Source: Podospora anserina (Eukaryota). From it: a DNA stretch of 64,000 nt. The notes below the pieces were generated by a model. The model was not told where the DNA came from. It made no database searches and saw only the letters and a program-made list of their open reading frames with translations. The stretch is taken from the NCBI GenBank assembly GCA_017654855.1, contig CM030333.1:806001-870000 (forward strand), read 5' to 3'. Within the stretch, counting starts at the first letter, position 1, and every line of letters starts with the position of its first letter. Below are positions 9,791 to 21,253 of this stretch, one piece after another. A program made the translations under genes and the position numbers.

Positions 9791-10372
9791 GATAGAGTCC
9801 AAGCTACCTCTATCGACATCTGGTAATTGATATCTACAGTCAAAGCTACATGCCTTATGTCAACATTGTAGTAGAGGAATTCCCATCCACCTTGCCTACC
9901 TGCTTACCCAGGTATATCAACACACACTAAACAGATCCCAGCTATAAACGGCAACTTCACTATACACACTCTTCAACGTTTAGTCACCCATGCTTGTTGC
10001 GCGTCTTGTTCCAAGATATATAGTCATCCCCAGGCTTCCTAAAATGTATTACTTAACAGAAGATTTTGCTGGCTACCTTCGAAGAAGCAAGCTATGTGTG
10101 GTGATGGGTCATGCGGTTGAACCATGACGGCTCGCAACACTGCTCACCACTACATGATTTTTCTACATAATGACCCACCGCATCTCCCTCTACCACAATA
10201 GTCTCACTCCCCACATAACTCCCCACCCACATAGCTACTCCCCCATGTCTCACCACACCCACCCGCATATCTCCTAGCTCTGACATCCACCACGTGTGGC
10301 AGCATCATATCTACAATAATACCCGGTAAAAATGTATAAGAGCTACAGCTATCATGTCTAAAAACAACATTT

Positions 10373-10760
10373 ACAGTCCTAGATTAACTTCAAAATGAAA
10401 ATGCAAGGCTCAGATCAAGTCTAGATATATGACACACAAAGTTTGGATCAAGTTCAAAGTAACATGCTAAAACTTAGGCAAGTCTAGAAATAAAATATAC
10501 CAAATCTACCTAGATAAACTCCAACATATGATACGAGGCTCAGGTTAAGTCAAAAGGAAGATATATAAAGCTTGGATTAAGCGGGAAAACAAGAGATTTG
10601 AAACTTGGAACCAGTCTAGTAATAAGACATACACAGCTTAGATAAGGCTTCGATCAAGTCCAGAGATAAGACGTACCAAGCTTAGATTAAGTCCATAAAT
10701 CAGACACCCAACGCTCAGATTTAGCTCATATTAAGTCCACTATAAGCTTGGATCAAATGG
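10373..10760. repeat. degenerate 32-33-bp tandem array (consensus about AAGCTTGGATCAAGTCTAGAAATAAGATATACC), about 11-12 units
   Basis: AAGCTYRGAT-like cores recur near 10405, 10438, 10470, 10535, 10568, 10601, 10645, 10678, 10711, 10744. Confidence 0.8.
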
Positions 10761-11257
10761 TCGAGCAAAAAACGCCTGAGGATGACTAGATATTCTTAAG
10801 TGCAGGTTGCATTTGTCTCCGCTTTGGGTCTTCTCTCTTCACTGCCTCTGCTTCCTATCTTCCCTACTTCAACATCTCTCTCTTTGAGACCTCTGGGTAT
10901 CTTTTCAACGCTTCTCTCCATCTCTCCAAACCTCTCTGCTTTAGCATCCCTTTACTGATCTTCTCAGGTCACTACTCTGCGGTCCATTGTAGCCTTCGTT
11001 ATCCACAGCAATGCCTTCTTTTAATGCCGTTGCCTGGATGCTTAAACGCATAAACTCGATATCTTGACGGTGTAATCCATTGATATTCATATCGTGCGCT
11101 TCCTTGGTATCTTCTCTTCAAGCCACTTGCTTATAACTGATCGTTTCCGCTGATGTTACACGCATGCTCGCAAGTTAGGGAGACTTATGAGTGCCTTTCG
11201 CTGATCCATATCTCATTTTACCGCTCTGTGACACTACCTACATTTCATTTCCACACT

Positions 11258-12018
11258 CTACTGTCTACCACCACCCGGGAACCCACCCGCTCCTGGAGGA
11301 GGGAAAGGCGGGAACTGCCCTCCCGGCGGTGGGAATGGCATACCACCCGGTGGAGGGAAAGCCCCTGGAGGGGGCACCGCTCCGTTTGGTGGTGGGAAAG
11401 GTGGCATGCCGCCACCAGGAGGAGGCGGGAAAGCAGCACCAGCTCCTCCAGGTGGGAAAGGTGGAAGCGGGAAAGGAGGTGCCCCGCCGGCAGGGGAAGC
11501 TGAATTTGGCGCACCTGGGAAGGGGAATGGCGGCGGAAATGGAGGGGCGTTGGCACCACCTGGGGCGCCAGGGAACGGAGGTGGGAACGGAGGAGCGCCT
11601 GGTGCACCGGGGAAGGCACCGGGGAAGCCTGGGGGTGGCATGCCTGGGAAGCCTGCGCCGGGAGGAGGGAAGGGGTTGGAGCCGAATCCGCCGGGTTGAT
11701 TTTGTGGCAGCATGGGGTTGGCGTGGGCTTGGCCTTCGGCGGCGTAGGAGTTGGTGATGGAGTCGATGACGGACTGGGCCTTTTCGTGACCGATTTCTGT
11801 GAGGAGCGGTTAGCCAAGAACGGCGGCAGAGCAGGCAACAGAGAGACTTACGTTGGTAGTAATCGACAACGTTGCGGAGATGGTTGCGACCGCTGTTGTG
11901 GGCCTTGCGCACGCTCATGGAGTCGTGCGTGAGGTAGACATCGCAATAATCGCAAAAGACTGGAGAGTGTGTTAGCAGCGTCTCGATGTTTGCCCACGGT
12001 AAACGTACATTTTGGCAT
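11258..12018 (-). CDS. YHC1: U1 snRNP protein C (zf-U1 plus Pro/Gly-rich tail); exons 12018-12009, 11959-11852, 11796-11258
   Basis: Spliced [30 protein letters not shown]. Donors GTACGT/GTAAGT, CTAAC branch points, CAG acceptors. Confidence 0.95.
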
Positions 12019-12504
12019 TTTGCCGGTGTTGTGGCTATGCGCCGATGATTTCGGATGTAGTTTTGATCAAAAAAGGAGAGGTTGATCGGAAAGCTGCTTT
12101 GCGCTCGTGGTTGTGGGTGGAAATCGATGGTGGTGTAGTGGTTGATGGTCGCGGTGCAGTGGATGTTCAAGGAAACAGTTCCAGTTTCGCGAGGCTGAGA
12201 AATCTGGACGCGGACTGTGAGCAGGGGTTGGGCGCAAGCCCGAGTGGAGGCCAAGCAAGGCTGATCCACAAAAGCTTTTTCTCTGGAGACTGGGCTTCTG
12301 ATTGGCTGCATGGCCACGGTACCCTTGCTCTGGGCTCCAAGGGGGAAGGCGACAGATTGCCATTTTATCGAAGCTCCGGTGGAACGTGCAGCGCCCCCCC
12401 GTTGTGCCAGCTGTATTGACTTGAACTCACCACCGACGACGCCAACATCTTCATCTCCCTCCTTGCCGACAACAGCTCACTCGATATACTCAGACACACA
12501 GACA

Positions 12505-13279
12505 ATGGTTCACGCACGGTCGGTGCTGCAGAATGTCTGCAGCGCGCTGCTCCTGCTGGCAGTGGGCACCGAGGCCCTGAAGTTCGACATCCAGGCGGGC
12601 AGCGGACACGACAGTCTTTCGAGGAGATGCATTCGGAACTTTGTCGCCAAGGACATGTTGGTGGTGGTTACGGCTATTGTGGATGGATACAAGGGCGATG
12701 GCATGCAACTGAACATGCACATTATGGACGCGGCAGGGAACGAGTACGGCAAGCCCAAGGACATTGCTGGCGAGCAACGCACCGTTTTCACCTCCCACGC
12801 CGACGCTGCTTTCGACGTGTGCTTTGAGAACATCCTCACAGGGAGTGCGTCAACCAACCTCTGGTCCTCAGGGACCCCGCTAACTCTTGACCAACAGACA
12901 AATACGTCCAGAACCCCAACCGTCACGTCGAGCTCGACATTGACATTGGTGCCGACGCCAAGGACTGGGCTGCCGTCCAGGCCAGCGAGAAGCTGAAGCC
13001 CGTAGAAACCGAGCTGCGCAGAATCGAGGAGATGGTGGGCGAGATTGTCAGCGAGATGGACTACCTCCGCCACCGCGAGCAGAAGCTCAGAGACACCAAC
13101 GAGAGCACCAACAACCGTGTGAAGTGGTTTGGTTTCCTCACAACATTCTTGCTGGTTGGGTTGTGGGCCTGGCAAATCATGTACCTGCGGGCGTACTTCA
13201 GGTGTGTCTCCCCTGAATTTTGCTTAATTTGGAAGCAATCGCTAACACTATGGTGTGCAGGTCGAAGCATCTTATTTAA
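12505..13279 (+). CDS. ERV25: p24/emp24-gp25L family ER-Golgi cargo receptor (delta subfamily); introns 12845-12897, 13202-13260
   Basis: Signal peptide, GOLD domain (FDVCFEN), coiled coil [14 protein letters not shown] segment, C-terminal LRAYFRSKHLI after splicing. Confidence 0.93.
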
Positions 13280-13806
13280 TGAACTACCGGGGATTGGGGC
13301 CGGGCTGCTGGACTCGTTGGCTTTTTACATGGAGAAACTAAGGAGTTTAAACTACTACTACTTATTATTGAACAAGGCGGCGCGGGCGAGCACGGAATTA
13401 TGACATATCGTACCTAGTGTATATGGATCTCAAGGCGGGATATTTTTTTTGGGGGGGGAAGAGGGGGGGGGCAGGGAAAATTGATGCATTGAATGTACAG
13501 TATCAATGTGTGTGTATGATTGATGTCTTTTCTGATCCCAAACAAAAGTGTTGTAAAAAGAATAAAATAATACAAACAAGGTAAACATAGACCGGCAAGA
13601 CCCGGCAGACGGGACGGAGCTTGATGACACAGCAGCTTTCGGCCTCGGCAGTCGATCACCCGCCAAGCTAACTTTTGGTCGGTCCGGGTCCGGTCTACAA
13701 CGGTCTTTTTTGCCGTCGTCATTGTTGCCTCTTTGACTTTTGATATTTCAGCAAAAATCACCCTCTCGTCGACATTCAATTGTTAACAGCAACCCCCCAC
13801 ATCACG

Positions 13807-14562
13807 ATGGCCTCCCTCCGTCCAGCAACCCGCGCCCTCCGCGCCGCCATCCGTCCCACCACTTCAGTCCTCAGAACCGCCCGCCCCTTCAGCTCGTCCA
13901 AGTCCTCCCCCGACCCGGGCTCCCTCCCAAACCACGAACTCGATGTCGGCGAGCTCCAGGGCGCAAAGTTCAAGATTGAGCCTTTGCGTAGAGTAGGCGA
14001 AGAGCCAGACGTCATGCGCGCCCGTCTTCTCTGTTCGTCATCCCCCCATCCCCCCCATCCCCCCATCCCCTCCTCCCCCTTCACCTTTCTCTAACAATCA
14101 CCAGACCAATCCCGCAAACGCGGCACCCTCGAATCCGACCTCCTCCTCTCCACCTTCGCCGCCTCCCACCTCCCCAAGATGACCCCCGCCCAACTCTCCG
14201 AATACGACCGCTTCCTCGACGAAAACGACTGGGACATTTACTACTGGGCCACCCAGCCCAACGTCTCCCTTCCCTCCGGCCAAACCCCCCCCTTGGAGGA
14301 CAGAGCAGTGCACGAGTCCCCCCGACCCGGGGAGTGGGCGCAGACGGTGGGGACGTTCAAGCCCGCGTACCGGCCTGTGCCCAAGAGGTGGGAGGGGAGT
14401 GAGATTCTGGCTTTGTTGAGGGAGCATGTCCGGGTTAGGAGGGGTGATCAATCGGAGCAGGTGAAGGAGGAGCTGGGGCATCATGGGGAGGAGGGGCACA
14501 GGCATAAGGAGGTGGAGAGGAAGGGGATGGGGTTTATGCCTAGTTTGGATGAGTCGAGGTGA
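13807..14562 (+). CDS. SDH5: succinate dehydrogenase assembly factor 2 (flavinator); intron 14033-14104
   Basis: Mitochondrial presequence. Spliced [20 protein letters not shown] and [17 protein letters not shown] motifs. Confidence 0.93.
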
Positions 14563-15485
14563 AAGGGGTAGGTGGAATTTGGGGAGAGGGGGGGGGAGGG
14601 GGGTGAGGGGGTTCCTGTTTGGGTGTAAAACAAACCGAAATAAAGAAGGAGGATAAAATGTAACAGTATGGGTTGTAAGATCACGTCTGGATATGCAGGA
14701 ATGGGTACCACTCCCGAAAACGGCAGTGGTATAATCGGTTGGTTGCGTTTGAGCTCTAAGATATGGTCTACACATACCCCCAACCTTCTCTACGAAAAAG
14801 AACGTGCATTTAAAAATGGAGGACATGGTATACCATCAAGGTGGGAAGACGTCAGTCAGTCAGCTAGCAGCGCAAAAGGGGCATCAAGAACTGCAGCAGG
14901 CTCCAAAGAGAACCAACCCTGACCCGACAGTTCATCCCAATTGACTGACGTTGCCATGGATAATTTCAGGGGCATTTGACATATCCAGCTCAGTTTTATC
15001 GACATATCCAGACGGTAGATAGGCTGGCTGGGTTCACCAAACAGTATATATACCTCACATAACGCAGACACGTCCAAAACCAGCTCAACTCTTTCCTCTC
15101 TCTCTCTCTTCTTAAATTTAAACATCACCCCACAAAACACCACAACCACTTTCCCCCCCATATGCAAAGGTAAATTGACATGCTTATTTCCCTTCCCCCC
15201 CACCCCTTTCCCCGAAACACGCAATGCGAAAAAGGGTCAAGTAACACCAACCAACACCACCTAGCTTAAAAAACAACAAAAAAGCAGCGGGATATCTCTC
15301 AGAGAACAATAAAACAGACCCCCCCTTAGTTTGGCCCCCCCACCAGAAACGCCCAAGTAACCCCCTTCCTTCTCCCCTCAAAAAAAAAACCCAGTTTTAA
15401 ATAAAAGAACAAGTCATTATCGTTCTTCCCCCTCCTCCTCCTCCTCCTCCTCCTCCCGTTTGACTCGGACATCCTCAAAAGGAAC

Positions 15486-17397
15486 CTACCCCCCCTCAGG
15501 CAATATCCTCCCCAAACTCCTCAGCACCTCCCAAACCCCCACCCCCCGTGTCCCCACCCTTTCCTTCTCCCTCTCCTCCCGTTCCCTCAACCTCTCCGCC
15601 CCCAACCTCAAAACCTGATCCGCCTCCCGCCCCGCAGTCTCAACTCTCATGTCAAACTTGTGAACCCTGTCCGCCAGCACATCAACCTCAAACTCGAGCT
15701 CCTGATGCACATTCTGCAGCCTTGACCTGACCTGCCTCTTCCAGCTGCCAAAACTCGTCTCCGGACTAGTCAGGAAAGCCAACATTTTCGTTTCTTCCTC
15801 CGACAACAAACTGGGGTCTGGCAACGGGGCTTTTCTCGGGTCGGGTTGCGGGGGAGCGTCAGGGTTGTCTGGTGGGGGGGCTGAGAGGGGGTATATCGGG
15901 TCGAGTGTGGGTAATGGTTTCGCGATGGCCTGCCAGGCTTTTTTGACTTCTTTTAATCTACATCACCACAGTTAGTCTTCTCTTGGGGATAACGGAAATG
16001 AGGGGGTGGGGGGGAAACAAACCTTTTTATCCTCTCCTCCATCTCCTCAATCTTCCTGTCATAATCCTCATTCCTCGGGTTCGGCTTCAACACCACCGGC
16101 TGCTTCGGCGCTTCTTCCCGTGAGAACCAATCTGAAAACTCCGACACTGAGGAAAAGTCCTTCAAGATCTGGTCTTGTATCGCTCTCGCTATAATTCCAC
16201 ATTAGCATCCCCAATTCCATACATATTTCCAAAGAAAGAAAACTCACCTCCCAAAACAGCACTATTCCCCTTCCCCCCCCTAGGCTTCTCACTAAGCGCC
16301 CTCTCCCCGCACCAAATCAACAACTGCTTCATCCTCCTCGGCTCGCTCAACCCCTCGGCCGAAATATACTTGTAGAAATCCTTCGGATCAACCTCCCGAT
16401 GTGGTAACGCGCTCTGCCCATTATCAATCAACGAGCTCGCCCTCCTCCCTCTCATGCCCAGTGAACTCCTCCTCCCTCCAGACGCTCCCCCCTTTTTTCG
16501 AAACTCTTTATTCCTGTTTTGAATAGGCGTGTCGCTGAAAGGTAGGGAGATCATCTGTGAAGCGGCGCCAGAGGGGTGTTCTGCTTGGGGTGTGCCGTTG
16601 GTCATAGGGTGGTCATGATCACGGTGGTGGTTGTGTCGCTGGTCCTGTGCTTTATCCTCTTCCTCCTCCTCCGGAATCCCCTCTATTAACTGCCTCCGCT
16701 GCGCTTCCTCTCTTGCTTTCTTGTCGGCATTCGACTCCCTCCCTTTCCTCCTCGTCTTCGCCTTGGGCATAACCGGCTCCTCATCTTGTACCGGTTGAGG
16801 CGCCGCCTGAGCAGCTGCACTAGACCTCCTTTTCGACGTCCTCCTCGGTAAAACCTGCTGCTGCGGCTGTACTGGTAACGGCGGTGGAGGCGCAGACTGT
16901 TGCGCCGGAGAGGAAGCGCGCTTTTTCGAACTATTCTTTGGTGGTCTTCCAACCTTCTTCGCGGTAGACATTTTCGGCAATGGCAATTCCGGCTCCGGCT
17001 CTGGCTCCGGTTCTGGCTCAGGTGGTGGTGGTGGTGGTGGTGGTGGTGCTGGCGTAGTCTTCACCCTCTTGGACCCGCGCGTAAACAAAAAGTCGCCATC
17101 CTGCTCGTCGTACACTGCCGGGGCTCCTGCTGCGGAGGAACCCTTGGAGTCAGCGTCATTCTTTCTCTTTTTCCTCCCCGTCGCCGGCGCAGGCGCGTGT
17201 TGTTGTTGTTGTGAAAAGGCCGCCGACTCGTTGATAACCGCGGCAGCCGCAGCAGTCCTCTTCCTCCTCTTGAACTCCGGCTCTTCTGGTTCTGGCGACG
17301 ACGTACCCGCGAGGCGTTTACTCTTCCGACGCTCAGGCTGGTGGTGGCTCATGCTCAAGACTTGTAGCGGCTGGCGGGTCCGTACGAGAGTAGTCAT
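15486..17397 (-). CDS. DSN1: kinetochore Mis12-complex subunit Dsn1/Mis13; introns 16247-16189, 16022-15958 (possible in-frame intron 17306-17130)
   Basis: Motifs DGDFLFTR, LPFSDTPIQNRNKEFR, RRSSLGMRGRRASSL, FYKYIS.GLSEPRRMKQLLIWC, LKPNPRN. Splice signals restore the frame. Confidence 0.85.
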
Positions 17398-19167
17398 GGA
17401 TGTCGATGATGGCGGGGCGGGCGGCGCATCAAGGGCGGCTTGCTTCTTGTTCTGAACGGAAGAGGAGGGGAACTTTGTGAAGTCGTCGATTTCTTTTTTC
17501 TTTCTCCTCCCCTTGCGGTTTCGGTCGGTTGGTGATGTTTTTGCGACGTGGGGCAAAATTAGAATCCCGACAAGGCAAAAAAGTGTCGGTTTGGGCGCGT
17601 CGTCGTCGTCGGCGGCAGGACCAATTCCACTCTTGTTCAATTGATAGTTTGCGAGATTTGGGGCGGGTGGGCAGAAAGCCAAGCGGGCGGTCAGACAAGA
17701 ACGCGTCGAAGGTACGTCGCTGAGCGGGCGGCCGAACCCGATCACCCCCCAAGTTGTGTGTTTCGCGTTTTATCCACCAGGGGTGGCTCCAGCTTTCGAG
17801 CTCCGGTTGCCGTCTTCGTCGTCGTCGTCGTCGGGAGGAGGCGACGATATCGTGCAAATAGTACACTACAGAATAGTGATGCTGTATCGGGAGTCGCGTA
17901 CCGGTCGTCAACGTCCCAAGTGGGTTGCTTTTGCTGTCAATCGCGACGGGAAGCTGCGCCCGCCGGTTTGTTTACCCGCAGTCCACACTCAGAATTGCGG
18001 CTGCCGGAGTGCACGGACCACCCCCTTTGCTACGACGTCAACTCCATGCCCCCACCGCCAGCGAGGCCACAATTTATTGCCGTCAAAACTGATCGTGTGA
18101 GCTACATCAGCGGCTGGTAAGTGATGGCATTGTCAAGAATTTACCTTTGGGGTACAATACGTGTTTTTGGTAGCCCTAAGTGTTTTTTCACCCGCTTCAA
18201 AACTTCCACCGGTTTTGTCAAACGCTCTTAGATGGACGATTCGAGTTACAAGATTATCACAATGCATACGGAGTAATCCAGAAACCACCTTGGACACACG
18301 AATGCCATCATCTTCGAACAGAGTAAGTATAATCTTGAAGGTTTATTGCTCCCTTGGCTATGCTAACCGATGTCCTCATTGCTATCGCATGGCTCATTTG
18401 ACATCCGTCCCCTGGCATGAGCGATAACTAACTATCTTGATATAAGAAGCTAGATGCAACCAACCTGCCACTCCCCCTCTAAAGGACGGAGTGGGCAGCC
18501 AGCGAGAGAAAAGATGAACAAAAACAAATACCCCATACATACCAGTACACCCGTTCATCGTCAACCATCCGCCCATCTGCCCAGCTTTAGGCCGAGGCAT
18601 CCAAAAATTTCCTTGTCCTTGTTCGCAAACTGGCAAAGACCACGAGAAAAGGACAACAGGCCACCGGCATGTCCGTGCCGTGGTGCCCATCGCCTTCAGC
18701 CCACGCCGCGCAGGCCTTTTATCCCGCCAACGCCCTCATAATCCCACCCACCAAGAAAGCGAAGAAACTAAAGTATCGATAAACAGCAAATGACCCCAAA
18801 GGAAAAACGCCAAAACGCCCTTTTGATGTATACCCATGTTGTTGCTGATTACATACAGGGCAAGGGACCGAGGTGCCTATCACCCGGTCCCTCACCATAC
18901 CGGCTGTGCGTGCTGCCCCCATTTCAGGAGACAAGCCCCGCGGCCTATTCACTATACACCCACGTTTGCCTCCAAAATTGACAAGTCCTCGACAAAGTCA
19001 TCACCGCCCGCCGGGGAAAGATATGCCGTATCAGGCGGGCCATGAGGAGGGGAAAATCCAAGACCATATGTTGCTGTGAACACTTGGACTGGTGACGATG
19101 CCGAAGCTGTCGCTATGCCCGGGGCTGGCAACAATGCCGCTTCCGGATTCGCAGCGTTTCGATCGTT

Positions 19168-20971
19168 CTATGAGAAACGGCGACCACCGGTGTGGGCAGC
19201 CATCACCGGTTGGCTGGGCGGCATCCCACCAGCCATTTGGTAAGCGGCCATCTGGGGATTGTATTCCAGTGGTGGTGGTGGGATGTAGCCTGCGTGGATG
19301 CCTTGTTGTTGCTGTTGTTGTTGATGTTGCGACTGTGTTACTGGGCAGTCTTTGTGCGCAAGCAACAACGTCTTCAGGTTAACAACTTCTTCGCGAAGGA
19401 CGCTAATCTGGTGGGTGAGGTTCTCGTTTTCTTGACTGAACTCCTCAACCTTGCTTTGAAGATTAGCCAGCCACTGCTTCTTACGCTGACGACACTTGAG
19501 TGCAGCAACCCTGTGTTACACTGTTAATGTTACCGTAACAGACAAAACCAAGACAAAAGCCAAGCACATACCTGTTGCGCTCAAGGAAATTCTTCCTCTT
19601 CTCCTCGTCTGTCATCTTGGTCTTGGTGCCGTCTTTGTTGATATGATGATCCTCATCATCAGAGTGATCGTCATAGTCTGGCTGCTGCGAGGGTGGAGGA
19701 CCACCGTTTGTCTTGGCTTTTTTATTGGCCGGTCCTTTGGCAGCAGGGCCATCATCGGCCTTTCTGCGAGTGCCAGCAGCACTGGTCAACCCTCTCTTCC
19801 CCTTGGCACGGGTCACGGGACGCGCCTGTTCGCTCTCATCAGACATGGCGCTGCCAGTCTCACTAACACCACGCGCTGAGCTTCCTCCAATCGACGAGTT
19901 GCCATTCATCTGGGGAGAAGTGTTGATGGGTTGGACAGCGGGAGCAGGTTGATGATTGGAATGCACATGAACCTGGGCAGGCGGAACTGCCGTGTACTGA
20001 GACGGGGGTGGAGGCTGTGTCCCGTTACGTGCCTGGGCCAACATGTACAACCCGTTCGCCGCGTCGTTGTCGTGTGTATCATAGGAATTTGTGGGAGGCT
20101 TCACTTCAGCCTTCAAGCTCGACCCATTGCTCATTTCTTGGGGCGCAGAGGTGACGGCAGGAGGAGGCGGTTGTTGGACCTGGATGGGCTCGCGCTTGGC
20201 CTGAACACTCAGAGCAGTGCGGTGGAAGTCAAGCGTACTAGGGGTTTGCACGCCGGCAGTAAGGCCAGCAAAGAGAGCCGTGTTGGGACTTGGGGCCGGG
20301 AACATAGACCCGCTGCCCCCGGGAGTGAGACCGGTCCTCAGAGAAGACTCGTTGGGGGTTGGGAAGCCGCCTCGGATGTGATGAGTATCACTGAAATAAT
20401 CATTTGTCGGCCCCGACAACATGGCCGGACTGAGAGGGCCCGTCCTGAGGGAACCTGGCCAGCCGAAGGGAGTAGCACCCGTGCCGGGAAGGAGTGACGA
20501 CGGCGAGGTGAGAGCCGCGACAGATGGAAGCTTAGTCCCCCCGGGGGTCTCGGGGGCGCCGCCGCCAAAGGACTGCTCAAAGGGGTTCGGCTCGAGGCTC
20601 AACAAAGCCGCGCCGACGCCGGGGGGGTTCGAAAAGTAGTCGGGCGAGTTGTTGCCGGCTTGCTGTTGATTGTTCTGCTGCTGATTGGGACGGGGCGGAG
20701 GCGCGAGCGGCTTGGTGGCTTCCGCATTGGATGATGACGATGGTTCGGTGGTGGTGGTGGCGGTGGCAGACTTCAAGGGGCCGTCATTTTTGGCGTCGGA
20801 TTGCGTGTCTGTTTTTTTCAAAAAAAAAAAAGTGTCGGCAACGACATTCGTTCATCAAGACAACGCAGCAGAAAGATGCCACTTACCTTGTCGCGGTGGG
20901 GATGCTTTCTTGCTGGACTGTTTGGGCGACTTGGACTCACCTCGGCCAGCGGCTCCAGTGGACAACCCCAT
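19168..20971 (-). CDS. atf1: ATF/CREB bZIP transcription factor (Atf1/AtfA type); introns 20886-20809, 19571-19511
   Basis: LEPNPFEQSF, SLRTGPLSPAML and ESSLRTGLTPGG motifs. bZIP EEKRKNFLERNRVAALKCRQRKKQWL...LLLAHKDC after splicing. Confidence 0.93.
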
Positions 20972-21235
20972 GATGTCAATCAAAATCTTGCGGCGCCTTG
21001 CTGCTGCAGCTGTGCTTGCCTTCGCGGAAAAAGACTGAGCAAAGGGGAAAAGCGACGACTATGAGGTCACTTGGTCTTTCAAACCCATAAAAAAGGGCTG
21101 CGACGCTACTCTGCAGCGCTCCAGGACGCTGTCGGCTTCGAGAATAGTTACGTAGTGTGTCGCGACGTGGTGCTTTGCGTGCGGGTGTGGGTGTGTATGC
21201 GGAAAGAGAAATGGGACAAGACCGGGAATGGGGAG

Positions 21236-21253
21236 CGACGTCAGGTATGACGT
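21236..21253. promoter_or_regulatory. paired CRE-like sites upstream of atf1
   Basis: CGACGTCA (21236-21243) and ATGACGT (21247-21253), about 270 bp upstream of the ATG. Confidence 0.45.

Noticed and set aside
10373-10760. CRISPR-like repeat/spacer appearance
   Set aside because: Eukaryotic context with no cas genes. Repeats are degenerate and the 'spacers' are related to each other, as in a minisatellite.
17398-17745. ORF-track N-terminal extensions (also 12310, 31195, 49901, 51670)
   Set aside because: They start at non-ATG codons or inside introns. Downstream ATGs or spliced exons fit the protein families better.
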